64,000 bases of DNA from an uncultured Chloroflexia bacterium (GCA_963748625.1 CAVVJT010000004.1:704001-768000), one strand, 5' to 3'; positions 10,943-20,410 are shown, counted from the stretch's first letter. Notes: a model not told the origin generated them from the sequence alone. Program-made: numbers and translations.

Positions 10943-12316
10943 GTGCCTCCCGTCGGGGACGCGGGCGCCCTCCTCGTCCCCGCCGGGGCACGCGTCCTCC
11001 ACATCGGTCCACCCAAGACGGGCACCACCGCCCTCCAGGGGGCGTTCTGGCTTGCCCGTGATGCCTTGCCGCGCCAGGGCGTCCGCTACCCGGGCAGGTC
11101 ACGCCACCCGGCGCGCCCGATGTTCGCCGTCACCCGACGCAACCCGCCGGGAGCATCCGAGCCGCCGCCCGCCAAGGTGTGGGACGCCTTCCTCGCCGAT
11201 GTGCGCCAGGATCCCGGCGCCCGGGTCATGGTCAGCAGCGAGGGCTTCGCCTACGCCTCCGAGGAGGCGATCACCCGCGTGGTGAGCGACCTGGGACCCG
11301 ACCGCATCCAGGTGGTGGTCACGCTGCGCCCGCTCGGCCGCCTGCTTGCCTCGGAGTGGCAGCAGCAGGTCCAGGGCGGGATGCGGCTCGCGTTCGAGGC
11401 GTGGCTCGAAGCCCTGTTCGACGACCCTGCCGCTGCCCACTCGCGCTCGTTCTGGCACCGCCACCGGCACGACCGGCTGGTCGCCCGCTGGGCAGCCGCC
11501 GCGGGTGCCGAGCGGGTCACGGTGCTCGTCGTGGACGAGCGCGACCACGGGAAGCTGTACCGCGACATGGAGGCACTGCTCGGGCTGCAGGCAGGCACCC
11601 TCGTCCCAGGGTCCACGTTGCCCAACCGATCGCTGACGCTGGAGGAGATCAGCGCACTCCGGGCGCTCCGCGAGGTCTTTGCCGCAGAGGGACGAACCGC
11701 CGCGGAGTTCGACCGCCTGGTCCGCCTGCAGGCCGGCCCCCACCTCAAGCGACGCGTCCCCGGGCCGGACGAGCACAGGATCGAGACCCCCGCGTGGGCG
11801 CTCGAGCGCGCCGCGGCCGTTGCCGCCGAGATGGTTCCCGCGCTGGCCGCGTCCGGCGTCCGCTGGTGGGGCGACCTGGACGGCCTCGCCGCCCCGGCCC
11901 CGGCCGGCGCGCCGGACCACGTCACCTCCGATGTGCCCGTGCCTGCCCACGTTGGTGCGGCGATCGCCATGGCGGTGGCCCGGGCAGGCGGGCTGGTCAC
12001 ACCGCAGGAGGGCGACACCGGTCCTGCCGATCCGGCACCGGACGACGCAGCCGGGAGGGCACGGAAGAGGAGCCTCGTCGGGCGGCTCGGCGCCAGGGCG
12101 GCCCGACGTCTCGGCCGACAAGCCAGAACGTTAGGTTGGGCCGGCCCCGCGGATGCAGCCGTCCCCGCGAACGCAGGCGTCTCAGGGGAGGCGACGACCC
12201 CCACCAGCTGGTCGGGTGCGCCTGACCCGGCTACGCCCGGTCCGCCACCAGCGCATCGAGCGCGGCCCGGACGCGCGCTGCCCCATCAGCGATCGACACC
12301 GTGCTGGCATCGATGA
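10943..12316 (+). CDS. Sulfotransferase-fold protein (paralogue 2)
   Basis: HIGPPKTGTTALQ, SSEGF, TLRPLGRLLASEWQQ; collinear with paralogue 1. The C-terminal tail overlaps cysC, so the true end is uncertain. Confidence 0.68.
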   Translation: MPPVGDAGALLVPAGARVLHIGPPKTGTTALQGAFWLARDALPRQGVRYPGRSRHPARPMFAVTRRNPPGASEPPPAKVWDAFLADVRQDPGARVMVSSEGFAYASEEAITRVVSDLGPDRIQVVVTLRPLGRLLASEWQQQVQGGMRLAFEAWLEALFDDPAAAHSRSFWHRHRHDRLVARWAAAAGAERVTVLVVDERDHGKLYRDMEALLGLQAGTLVPGSTLPNRSLTLEEISALRALREVFAAEGRTAAEFDRLVRLQAGPHLKRRVPGPDEHRIETPAWALERAAAVAAEMVPALAASGVRWWGDLDGLAAPAPAGAPDHVTSDVPVPAHVGAAIAMAVARAGGLVTPQEGDTGPADPAPDDAAGRARKRSLVGRLGARAARRLGRQARTLGWAGPADAAVPANAGVSGEATTPTSWSGAPDPATPGPPPAHRARPGRALPHQRSTPCWHR

Positions 12317-13592
12317 CCACCTCGGCATCGTCGGGCGGCTCGTAGGGGGAGCTGATGCCGGTGAACTCCGGGATCTGGCCGGCCCGGGCCTTCGCGTACA
12401 GGCCCTTGCGGTCACGGGCCTCGCACACCCCGAGCGGCGTGCTCACGTGGACCAGCAGGAACCGGCCACCTTCGGCCTCGGCCATGGCACGCGCCGCCTT
12501 GCGGCCGGCATCGAAGGGGGCGATTGGCGCGGCGACCGCGAGGCCACCGTGGTGGGCCACGAGGGCGGCGACGTAGGCGATCCTGTCGATGTTGATCGCG
12601 CGGGACTCCGCATCGAAGCCCAGGCCGCGCGAGAGGTGGTGGCGGACCTCGTCACCGTCGAGCAGGGTCACCGTCCGTCCAGCCGCTTCGGCCTCGGCAG
12701 CGAACGCCTTGGCGATGGTGGACTTGCCGGAGCCCGAGAGCCCGGTGAAGAACACGACAACGCCGACCGGGCGGTTCGAGGGCCTGGCGCGCAGGATGGC
12801 CTTCGCCGCGATCGGCGGGTACAGGGCCTGGACCTCGCGTTCCAGGAGCCCGTCAAGGGCCGCGATCCGCGCCGCCTCATCGGCGGGGCGCTCGGCAGCG
12901 AGATCCACGGCTGCGGACGCGCCGTACGCTGCGGCCACGGCGACGCGGTCCAGCCGGGCGCCGGCCGGCCACGGTACGACCACCAGCTCCACGCCGGCCA
13001 GGGCGGTCACCACCATCCAGGCCCCAGTGACGGCCGCCGCGCCTGGTCGGCCAGCGGGCTCCGACCGCGACACGAGGACGAGGAGACGGACCCGATCACC
13101 CGATCGCGCACGCTGCTCCAGGCGCTGCTGGTCGCCGCGCGTGGGCAGCGAATCGACGACGGCCGCGGTCCACAGGTCGCGGTCGCGGGCACGGACGACC
13201 GCGGCGGCGACGCGGTGCTCGGGCGCCCAATGCGGGCCCGGTGCCTCGGCAAAGGGTCGCAGCGCACGTGCATCCCCGTCGTCGGTGACGAGCGCGAGGG
13301 GCGTGTTCTCGGCGTCCGTGAGCACCTCACCCGGGCGCCACGGGCGCTCCGCGTCACCCGGGAGGCCGCCGCCCAGCGCCAGCTCGAGGAGATCGAGATG
13401 GTCTGCTGGAAGCACGCGATGCGGATGGCTCGCGAGCGATGCGAGATCGATGACGGCCTCGGTCGGGTCCGCCACCTCGGCCGGGTCCGCCACCTCGGCC
13501 GGGTCCGCCACCTCGGCCGGGTCGATGGGTCCGGTGCCATCGTCGTGCACGGGTTCGTCGCCCGTTGCCTTGAGGGGCTCCTCTGCGCTCAC
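12231..13592 (-). CDS. cysC: Adenylyl-sulfate kinase with degenerate N-terminal ATP-sulfurylase-like domain
   Basis: FFTGLSGSGKSTIA, LLDGDEVR, CEARDRKGLYAKARAG, FTGISSPYEPP. Confidence 0.9.
   Translation of the reverse strand: MSAEEPLKATGDEPVHDDGTGPIDPAEVADPAEVADPAEVADPTEAVIDLASLASHPHRVLPADHLDLLELALGGGLPGDAERPWRPGEVLTDAENTPLALVTDDGDARALRPFAEAPGPHWAPEHRVAAAVVRARDRDLWTAAVVDSLPTRGDQQRLEQRARSGDRVRLLVLVSRSEPAGRPGAAAVTGAWMVVTALAGVELVVVPWPAGARLDRVAVAAAYGASAAVDLAAERPADEAARIAALDGLLEREVQALYPPIAAKAILRARPSNRPVGVVVFFTGLSGSGKSTIAKAFAAEAEAAGRTVTLLDGDEVRHHLSRGLGFDAESRAINIDRIAYVAALVAHHGGLAVAAPIAPFDAGRKAARAMAEAEGGRFLLVHVSTPLGVCEARDRKGLYAKARAGQIPEFTGISSPYEPPDDAEVVIDASTVSIADGAARVRAALDALVADRA
13464..13523 (-). 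repeat. 18-bp in-frame tandem repeat (DPAEVA x3) in the cysC N-terminus
   Basis: cgggtccgccacctcggc x3 plus a partial copy. Confidence 0.95.
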
Positions 13593-14581
13593 CCCGCCTC
13601 CTCCATGTCCAGGGGCACCGGCTCGGCCACCAGCACGCCGCCAGGAGGTGCGCTCACCGACTCCGTAGCCGGCTTGGGCGGGCGGGCCTGGGCGAGCTCC
13701 TTCGTGTAGCGGCGGATCACGATCCACAGCATGCTGCCCCCGACCAGCGCCATGACCGCCGCCGCGAGCACCCACTCGTTGGGCACGTCGAGCAGCCTGA
13801 GGCCCGACGCGAGCAGCAGGATGGCCAGCGCCCGCCGGATGATGCCGCCTGGCGCCCGGCTCGAGATCTGGGCCCCGAACCAGGCTCCGGGCACGGCACC
13901 CAGCAGCAGCGATGCCGCGACGGTGATCGAGAAGTCCCCGAACATCAGGTGGCCAAGGGCGGCGGCGGCGACCAGCGGGATCGCCTGGGCGAGATCAGTG
14001 CCCACCAGCTGGGACGCCTTGAGGGCCGGATACATCATCAGCAGGACCACGATGATGATCGATCCGGCGCCCACCGACGTCATCCCGACCATGAACCCTG
14101 CAACCGCGCCCAGGACCACCGTGGGGATGGGCTTCACGACCAGGACCGGCTTCGTCATCCGGACCGCCCCCTCGCCCAGGGGCAGGTTGCTGCGGTACAT
14201 CTGGATCATCGCCCGGGCCACGAGGCCGCTCGCCGCGACCAGCAGCGCGACGCCCAGGATGCCCTTGAGCAGCGACTCGATGTCCACGCCTTCGGGCACC
14301 TGGCTGACCGCCCACGCGCCCAGGAACGCGGCCGGCATCGACCCGACGCAGAGCCACGCCACCAGCGAGAGATTGACCGTGCCACGCCGCAGGTGGACGA
14401 AGGCCCCAACCGGCTTCATGAGCAGGCTCACGACGATGTCGGACGAGATCGCCGTCAGCGGGTTGACGTTGAAGAAGAACACGAGCATCGGGGTCATGAG
14501 GGCGCCGCCGCCCATGCCCGTCAGGCCCACGACGGTGCCCACCAGGAGCCCGCCGATGGCGAGCGGGACGTCTATCTCCAC
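13589..14581 (-). CDS. Sulfite exporter TauE/SafE family protein
   Basis: GLTGMGGGALMTP, GMTSVGAGS, LVGTDLAQA; GTG start. Confidence 0.88.
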   Translation of the reverse strand: MEIDVPLAIGGLLVGTVVGLTGMGGGALMTPMLVFFFNVNPLTAISSDIVVSLLMKPVGAFVHLRRGTVNLSLVAWLCVGSMPAAFLGAWAVSQVPEGVDIESLLKGILGVALLVAASGLVARAMIQMYRSNLPLGEGAVRMTKPVLVVKPIPTVVLGAVAGFMVGMTSVGAGSIIIVVLLMMYPALKASQLVGTDLAQAIPLVAAAALGHLMFGDFSITVAASLLLGAVPGAWFGAQISSRAPGGIIRRALAILLLASGLRLLDVPNEWVLAAAVMALVGGSMLWIVIRRYTKELAQARPPKPATESVSAPPGGVLVAEPVPLDMEEAG

Positions 14582-14728
14582 GGGTGCGCAAGGCGTCCGT
14601 GGCGGGCGGGCGGGGTGCAAAGCATGCGGCGATGATAACGTCGCACCCTGCCGGGACGACGTGGCCGCGTGAGCGGACCGGTCATTCCCAGCGTGTACGC
14701 GCGCTCGACCCCCGCCGCAAGGACCCGC

Positions 14729-15610
14729 ATGACTGACCGCTCCACCAGCCCCACCGTCGCCCTGGCGATTCCCGGCCCGGACCTCCCGGCCGACGACGCG
14801 GCACTCGCGGCGGCCCTGGCGACTGCGGCAGGTGAGATCCTCAACGGCCTGCGCAGGCGCGTGGACGCCGGCGGGTTCGACGGCGATCAGCGTGCTCTCA
14901 AGGATGCCGGCGACGCCGCCGCCCAGGCCTGCCTGGCGGACCTGCTCGCGCGCGCCCGGCCCGCCGACGCCGTGCTCAGCGAGGAGGCGAAGGACGATCC
15001 GCGCCGCCTCGAGGCCAACCGCGTATGGATCATCGACCCGCTTGACGGCACCCGTGAGTTCTCCGAGCGCGCGGCCGACGGAGCAGGCTGGCGTGATGAC
15101 TTCGCGGTGCACGTCGCCCTGTGGGCCCGGGGCCGCGGCCTCATCGCAGGGGCCGTTGGTCTGCCGGCCCGGGGTCTTGTGCGCCGCACCGATGCGCCGC
15201 CCGTCGTGGCGGTCGAGCCGCTGCGCGAGGTCCTGGACGGGCGCCGTCCCCTCCGCCTCGCCGTGTCGCGGACCCGGCCGCCCGCGGTGGCTGCGCGGCT
15301 CGGGGAGCGGCCGGACGTGGAGCTCGTACCCATGGGCTCCAACGGCGTCAAGGTCATGGCCGTCCTCGACGGCACCGCCGACGCCTATGTCCATGCCGGC
15401 GGCCAGTACGAGTGGGACTCCGCGGCGCCGGTCGCCGTCGCCACTGCTGCGGGCCTCGTCGCCACCCGGATCGACGGATCCCCCCTCGTCTACAACCAGC
15501 CCGACCCCTGGTCGCCCGACCTCGCGGTCTGCCACCCCGTGCTCGTCGAGCACCTGCACCGCCTCCTGGCGGAGGCAGGCATCGGCGACGAGCCAGGAGC
15601 CCCCACGTGA
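14729..15610 (+). CDS. cysQ: 3'(2'),5'-bisphosphate nucleotidase CysQ
   Basis: LSEE, WIIDPLDGTREF, GGQYEWDSAAP. Confidence 0.92.
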   Translation: MTDRSTSPTVALAIPGPDLPADDAALAAALATAAGEILNGLRRRVDAGGFDGDQRALKDAGDAAAQACLADLLARARPADAVLSEEAKDDPRRLEANRVWIIDPLDGTREFSERAADGAGWRDDFAVHVALWARGRGLIAGAVGLPARGLVRRTDAPPVVAVEPLREVLDGRRPLRLAVSRTRPPAVAARLGERPDVELVPMGSNGVKVMAVLDGTADAYVHAGGQYEWDSAAPVAVATAAGLVATRIDGSPLVYNQPDPWSPDLAVCHPVLVEHLHRLLAEAGIGDEPGAPT

Positions 15611-16515
15611 GCACGCCTGTCCTGACCCTGAGCCAGCTCCGCGCCCTGGAGGCGGAGAGCATCCACATCTTCCGCGAGGTCGCCGCCGAGATGCAGCGCC
15701 CCTGCCTGCTCTTCTCGGGCGGCAAGGACTCCATCGTGATGCTGCACATCGCGCGCAAGGCGTTCCACCCGGCGCGGATCCCGTTCCCCGTGATGCACGT
15801 GGACACGGGCCTCAACTTCCCCGACATCCTCGCCTTCCGCGACCGCTGGATCGAGAAGCTGGGCCTGACCCTGGTGGTCGCGTCCGTGCCCGAGGCCATC
15901 GAGCGCGGCCTGGTCCGCGAGGAGCCCAACGGCTCGCGCAACCGGATCCAGACGCCGGTGCTGCTCGACGCGATCGAGCGCCACAAGTTCGACGCCTGCT
16001 TCGGCGGCGGCCGACGCGACGAGGAGAAGGCGCGCGCCAAGGAGCGCGTCTTCAGCTTCCGTGACGAGTTCGGCCAGTGGGACCCCAAGAACCAGCGACC
16101 CGAGCTGTGGAACCTCTACAACGGCCGGGTCCACATGGGCCAGTCGATCCGCGTGTTCCCGCTGTCGAACTGGACCGAGCTGGACATCTGGACGTATATC
16201 CGCGAGGAGCAGATCGAGATCCCTGATCTCTACTTCGCCAAGGAGCGTGAGGTCGCCGAGCGCGACGGGATGCTCTACGCGGTCAACGAGTTCACGCCCC
16301 TGCGCGAGGGCCAGCAGGCCCAGCGGATCATGTGCCGCTACCGCACCGTCGGTGATGCCAACCTCACCGCCGCGGTGATCTCGGAGGCCGACACCATCGA
16401 CAAGATCGTCGAGGAGATCGAGACCGTCCGGATCACCGAGCGGGGGGCCACCCGCGGCGACGACAAGACCAGCGAGACCTCGATGGAAGACCGCAAGAAG
16501 GAGGGGTACTTCTAG
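15607..16515 (+). CDS. cysD: Sulfate adenylyltransferase subunit 2
   Basis: LEAESIHIFREV, FSGGKDS, GGGRRDEEKARAKER, SMEDRKKEGYF. Confidence 0.97.
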   Translation: MSTPVLTLSQLRALEAESIHIFREVAAEMQRPCLLFSGGKDSIVMLHIARKAFHPARIPFPVMHVDTGLNFPDILAFRDRWIEKLGLTLVVASVPEAIERGLVREEPNGSRNRIQTPVLLDAIERHKFDACFGGGRRDEEKARAKERVFSFRDEFGQWDPKNQRPELWNLYNGRVHMGQSIRVFPLSNWTELDIWTYIREEQIEIPDLYFAKEREVAERDGMLYAVNEFTPLREGQQAQRIMCRYRTVGDANLTAAVISEADTIDKIVEEIETVRITERGATRGDDKTSETSMEDRKKEGYF

Positions 16516-17781
16516 ATGTCGGACCTCCTCCGCTTCGCCACTGCCGGCTCCGTCGACGACGGCAAGTCCACGCTGATCGGGCGGCTGCTGTACGACAGCA
16601 AGTCCCTCTTCTCCGACCAGCTCGAGGCCGTCGAGCGCGTGTCACGGGACCGCGGCAACGACTACACGGACCTGGCCCTCCTGACCGACGGCCTGCGCGC
16701 CGAGCGCGAGCAGGGCATCACCATCGACGTCGCCTACCGCTACTTCGCGACGCCGCGCCGCAAGTTCATCATCGCGGACACCCCCGGCCACACCCAGTAC
16801 ACCCGGAACATGGTGACCGGCGCGTCCACCGCGGATGTCGCGCTGATCCTGCTCGACGCCCGCAAGGGCATCACCGAGCAGAGCCGCCGCCACGCGTTCC
16901 TGGCCACCCTCCTGGGCGTGCCGCACGTGGTGGTCTGCGTGAACAAGATGGACCTCGTGGACTACGACGAGGCGGTCTTCGACGCCATCTCCGCGGAGTT
17001 CGGCGAGTTCGCCACGCGCCTGCGCGTCCGCGACCTGTCGTTCATCCCGGTGTCGGCGCTCAAAGGCGACAACGTCGTCCTGCGCTCGGACAACATGCCC
17101 TGGTACGACGGCACCACGCTCCTCTCGCACCTCGAGCGCCTGCACGTCGCGTCGGACCGCAACTTCGTGGACGTCCGCTTCCCGGTCCAGTACGTGGTCC
17201 GGCCGCAGTCCTTCGACGTCATCGACTACCGCGGCTACGCGGGCACGGTGGCGTCGGGCGTGCTCAAGCCGGGCGACCGGGTCGTGGCGCTGCCCTCGGG
17301 CCTGGAGAGCACGATCGCGTCGATCCACACCGCCGACGGCGAGGTGGACGAGGCGTACGCGCCGATGGCCGTGACCATCACGCTGGCCGACGAGCTCGAC
17401 ATCAGCCGGGGCGACATGCTCTGCCGGCCGCACAACATGCCGACGGTGTCCCAGGACATCGATGCGCAGGTGTGCTGGATGGACGAGAGCGTCACGCTGG
17501 GGGTCGGGAAGAAGTACGGGATCAAGCACACGACCCGCTGGGCGCGCGCGATGGTCAAGGAGCTCGACTACCGGATCGACGTGAACACGCTCCACCGGGA
17601 CGAGACCGCGACCGAGCTCAGCCTCAACGAGATCGGCCGCGTCAAGCTCCGCGTGACCCAGCCGCTGTTCGTGGACCCGTACCAGCAGAACCGCCTCACG
17701 GGCTCGTTCATCCTGGTGGACGAGAGCTCGAACAAGACGGTCGCCGCGGGCATGATCGGGCGGACCCAGCCGGGCGGCTGA
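16516..17781 (+). CDS. cysN: Sulfate adenylyltransferase subunit 1 (no fused APS-kinase domain)
   Basis: GSVDDGKSTLIGRLL, EREQGITID, DTPGH, NKMD. Confidence 0.97.
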   Translation: MSDLLRFATAGSVDDGKSTLIGRLLYDSKSLFSDQLEAVERVSRDRGNDYTDLALLTDGLRAEREQGITIDVAYRYFATPRRKFIIADTPGHTQYTRNMVTGASTADVALILLDARKGITEQSRRHAFLATLLGVPHVVVCVNKMDLVDYDEAVFDAISAEFGEFATRLRVRDLSFIPVSALKGDNVVLRSDNMPWYDGTTLLSHLERLHVASDRNFVDVRFPVQYVVRPQSFDVIDYRGYAGTVASGVLKPGDRVVALPSGLESTIASIHTADGEVDEAYAPMAVTITLADELDISRGDMLCRPHNMPTVSQDIDAQVCWMDESVTLGVGKKYGIKHTTRWARAMVKELDYRIDVNTLHRDETATELSLNEIGRVKLRVTQPLFVDPYQQNRLTGSFILVDESSNKTVAAGMIGRTQPGG

Positions 17782-17786
17782 TCGCC

Positions 17787-17818
17787 CGGGTCACGGCTCC
17801 GCGCGGAGCGTTGACCCG
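17787..17818 (+). terminator. Hairpin after cysN (probable terminator)
   Basis: cgggtca-cg-gctccgcgcggagc-gt-tgacccg stem-loop. Confidence 0.5.
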
Positions 17819-17884
17819 CGTCCGCTCCCTGGCACGGGCGCTGACCCGGCCCCGAGTCACCCGGCGGGGTCTCCTGCACGGGTC

Positions 17885-17910
17885 GTACGCGCAACTCGAG
17901 TTGCGCGTAC
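17885..17910. repeat. Perfect 26-bp palindrome inside a REP/MITE-like intergenic element
   Basis: gtacgcgcaactcgagttgcgcgtac, flanked by gagtcacc...ggtgaccc inverted arms. Confidence 0.85.
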
Positions 17911-17996
17911 ATCCGCCGCACGCACCAGCCGCTGGTGACCCCCACCCGAGTCGGCAGCGCTGCACCTTCCCGGCGTCGGAGCCAGGAAGCCGACCC

Positions 17997-19241
17997 CTAC
18001 AGGCGCGCCCTCACCGCCCCCGCAAGCGCTCGATGGCGCGCCGTCCGCGGCAACGCGAGCCGGGTGCAATCCGCGAACGCCATGTGCGCCCGCAGCGCCT
18101 CTGCCAGCGCGTCCATGAACCCCTCGTGCTCGGCCGAGAGCGGGTCGAAGCCCTCCTCCCACCACAGGTCCACGATCCGCAGCGTGCCCGCCTTGCGGTC
18201 GATGCGCGGCTCGATCCGGCCCACGAACCGGTCCCCGAACAGCAGCGGCAGCACGTAGTAGCCCCAGCGCCGCTTCGCCTGCGGGACGTAGACCTCCCAG
18301 CGGTAGTCGAAGTCGTAGAGGCGCAAGAGCAGGTCCCGGTCCCACGCGAGCGGGTCCAGCGGCGCCAGGAACGCGACGCCGGGCGCCTCCAGCGCGACTC
18401 CGGCCTCAACCTCGGACACGCACGCCTCCAGCAGTGGGACCTCGCCAGCGACCACGAACCGCCGGCCCTTGAGCCCTTCCACGACGACCGGCGCGATCGC
18501 CCCGAGGTCCAGCAGCTCGTCGCGCAGCGCGTTCCGCTCCCCCGCCCCGCCCAGCCCGGCCCACAGCGTGTACTCCCCCGTCTCGCCGAGCAGCCCGTTG
18601 CCCCGGAACCGCGACAGGAGCTTGTGCCGCAACTGCTCGCGCTCGGGCGGGCGCTGGGCCAGCAGCGACGGAGGGAACAGCCGCTCAACCAGGTCGTAGT
18701 AGCGCCGGTTGCCCTCGCGCCGGCTGATCCCCAGGATGCCGGCCTCCCCCAGCGCCTCGAGGATGGCGCGGACCTGGTTCGTCGGCCGCCAGTACCAGTC
18801 GATGGCCGTGCGGGACTCCCAGTCGAGCGAGGACAGCGGCCCCTCCGCGCGGATCCGGGCCAGCAGCTCCTCCACCAGCGGCGCGTGGTCGTCGAAGGCG
18901 CTGCCGCGATGGCGCTCGTGCGAGCGATCCCAGGTGATCCGGTAGAACGGCAGCTCGGCCGTGGGCACCAGCGAGAGCATCTTGTTGTACGTCTCGTAGA
19001 GCACCCGGTCGTGGTAGAGCAGGTCGTCCGTCCACGCGCGCCGGTAGCCCGCGATCCGGGCGAGCAGCACCAGGTCGTGGTTGCGGCCCGCGACCTCGAG
19101 CGGGTCGAACTGGAGTGAGCCCACGCGGTCCACGACCCGCATCACCGAGGCGGGCTCGGCCGGGAGCGAGCGCGGGGGCGCCAGCAGGTGGCGGCGGGCG
19201 AGGTACCGGCGGGCCGCCGCCGCGCTGACGTGAAGGGTCAC
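17997..19241 (-). CDS. Winged-helix DNA glycosylase, YcaQ/AlkZ (HTH_42) family
   Basis: LQFDPLEVAGRNHDLVL, FLAPLDPL, FDYRWEVYVP..KRRWGYYVLP. Confidence 0.9.
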   Translation of the reverse strand: MTLHVSAAAARRYLARRHLLAPPRSLPAEPASVMRVVDRVGSLQFDPLEVAGRNHDLVLLARIAGYRRAWTDDLLYHDRVLYETYNKMLSLVPTAELPFYRITWDRSHERHRGSAFDDHAPLVEELLARIRAEGPLSSLDWESRTAIDWYWRPTNQVRAILEALGEAGILGISRREGNRRYYDLVERLFPPSLLAQRPPEREQLRHKLLSRFRGNGLLGETGEYTLWAGLGGAGERNALRDELLDLGAIAPVVVEGLKGRRFVVAGEVPLLEACVSEVEAGVALEAPGVAFLAPLDPLAWDRDLLLRLYDFDYRWEVYVPQAKRRWGYYVLPLLFGDRFVGRIEPRIDRKAGTLRIVDLWWEEGFDPLSAEHEGFMDALAEALRAHMAFADCTRLALPRTARHRALAGAVRARL

Positions 19242-19248
19242 TGGCCCG

Positions 19249-19740
19249 CTAGTTCCCCGCGGGCATGAACTCGAGCTCCGGAAGCGCGTCCGCCTTGTAC
19301 ATGAACAGGTTCTCCCCGCGCATCTCGACGCGGTCCACCAGGGCCAGGTTCGCGAGGTACGCCGCCTCGATCGACTTGCCGGGATCCTCGCAGGCCACCT
19401 GCGTGCTGGTCACCGGACCCGTGAAGTCGATGGTGTCGCCCTCCACGGTCCAGTTCCCGCTGAAGGTGTTGCAGCCCGCGTTCCCGTTCGCGGTGCTCTC
19501 CGCGAAGACGAGCGTGGGCGTGATCGACATGGGCACGGTGAACTCAGCGCCATCGGTCGGCGAGGTGAAGCCGACCAGGAGCCAGCTGGTGCCGGCCAGC
19601 TCGATGTCCCCGGTGCCCGCGGATCCGTCGGGCGCGCTGGTGGGCGCGGGTGTCGCGGCGGCCGGGCTGCATGCGGCGAGAACCATGGCGCCAAGCAGCA
19701 GGCTGGCGGCAAGACGCGAACGCGCGATGGACTTCGGCAT
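19249..19740 (-). CDS. META-domain (HslJ-like) lipoprotein
   Basis: Lipobox LAAC; LAGTSW, GNAGCNTFSG, STQVAC. Confidence 0.85.
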   Translation of the reverse strand: MPKSIARSRLAASLLLGAMVLAACSPAAATPAPTSAPDGSAGTGDIELAGTSWLLVGFTSPTDGAEFTVPMSITPTLVFAESTANGNAGCNTFSGNWTVEGDTIDFTGPVTSTQVACEDPGKSIEAAYLANLALVDRVEMRGENLFMYKADALPELEFMPAGN

Positions 19741-19840
19741 GGGAGTGCTCCCTGGTGGCCCGGCGGGACCCGCCGACGACTCCGATCGTACCCCGCGGAT
19801 TCGAAGTGCGCGGGCGGACCAATCCAATGCACAGCCTCGC

Positions 19841-19853
19841 CCGAACAGTTCGG
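19841..19853. promoter_or_regulatory. Palindrome, candidate MarR operator
   Basis: ccgaac-a-gttcgg in the divergent META/MarR intergenic region. Confidence 0.45.
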
Positions 19854-19891
19854 TACAAGCAAAGCATTTGTCGAGACCGAAGGAGTACCCC

Positions 19892-20410
19892 ATCACCCCT
19901 GCAACGCGCGCCGGCGCGGTCGACGAGGTCATCGCAGGCTACGAGAGGCTGATGCAGCGCCTCGCGGAAGGCCATGCCCCGGACTTCCTGGAGATCGACA
20001 TCACGATGCCCCAGGCCAAGATCCTGTACCTCCTCGGCGCCGTCGGTGACCTCCACATGTCCGAGCTCGTGGGGCGCCTCGGCGTGTCGCTGTCCACGGT
20101 CAGCGGCCTCGTCGAGCGGATCGTGGACCACGGGCTCGCCACCCGCCGGGACGATCCCGCCGACCGCCGCCAGGTGGTAGTAGCCCTGACCCCCGCCGGT
20201 ATCGACTTCATCGACCGCTTCCGTGAGCTGAACGCACGCCAGATGCGCGAGCTGGTTGCCGTCCTCGGTGACGAGGACCTGGAGCTCGTCCGCCTCGCGC
20301 TCGCCGCCCTCAGCCGGGCCGCCACCCGCGTCGTGTCCGACGACCCCGCCACCGACCGCCCCGCCGCCCCCACAGCGCGCCCCGCCGCCACCCGAAAGGA
20401 TCCCGCATGA
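19892..20410 (+). CDS. MarR family transcriptional regulator (probable ATC start)
   Basis: ITMPQAKIL...VSLSTVSGLVERIVDHGL...DPADRRQV..LTPAG. AAGGAG lies 6 nt before an in-frame ATC. Confidence 0.85.
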   Translation: MTPATRAGAVDEVIAGYERLMQRLAEGHAPDFLEIDITMPQAKILYLLGAVGDLHMSELVGRLGVSLSTVSGLVERIVDHGLATRRDDPADRRQVVVALTPAGIDFIDRFRELNARQMRELVAVLGDEDLELVRLALAALSRAATRVVSDDPATDRPAAPTARPAATRKDPA

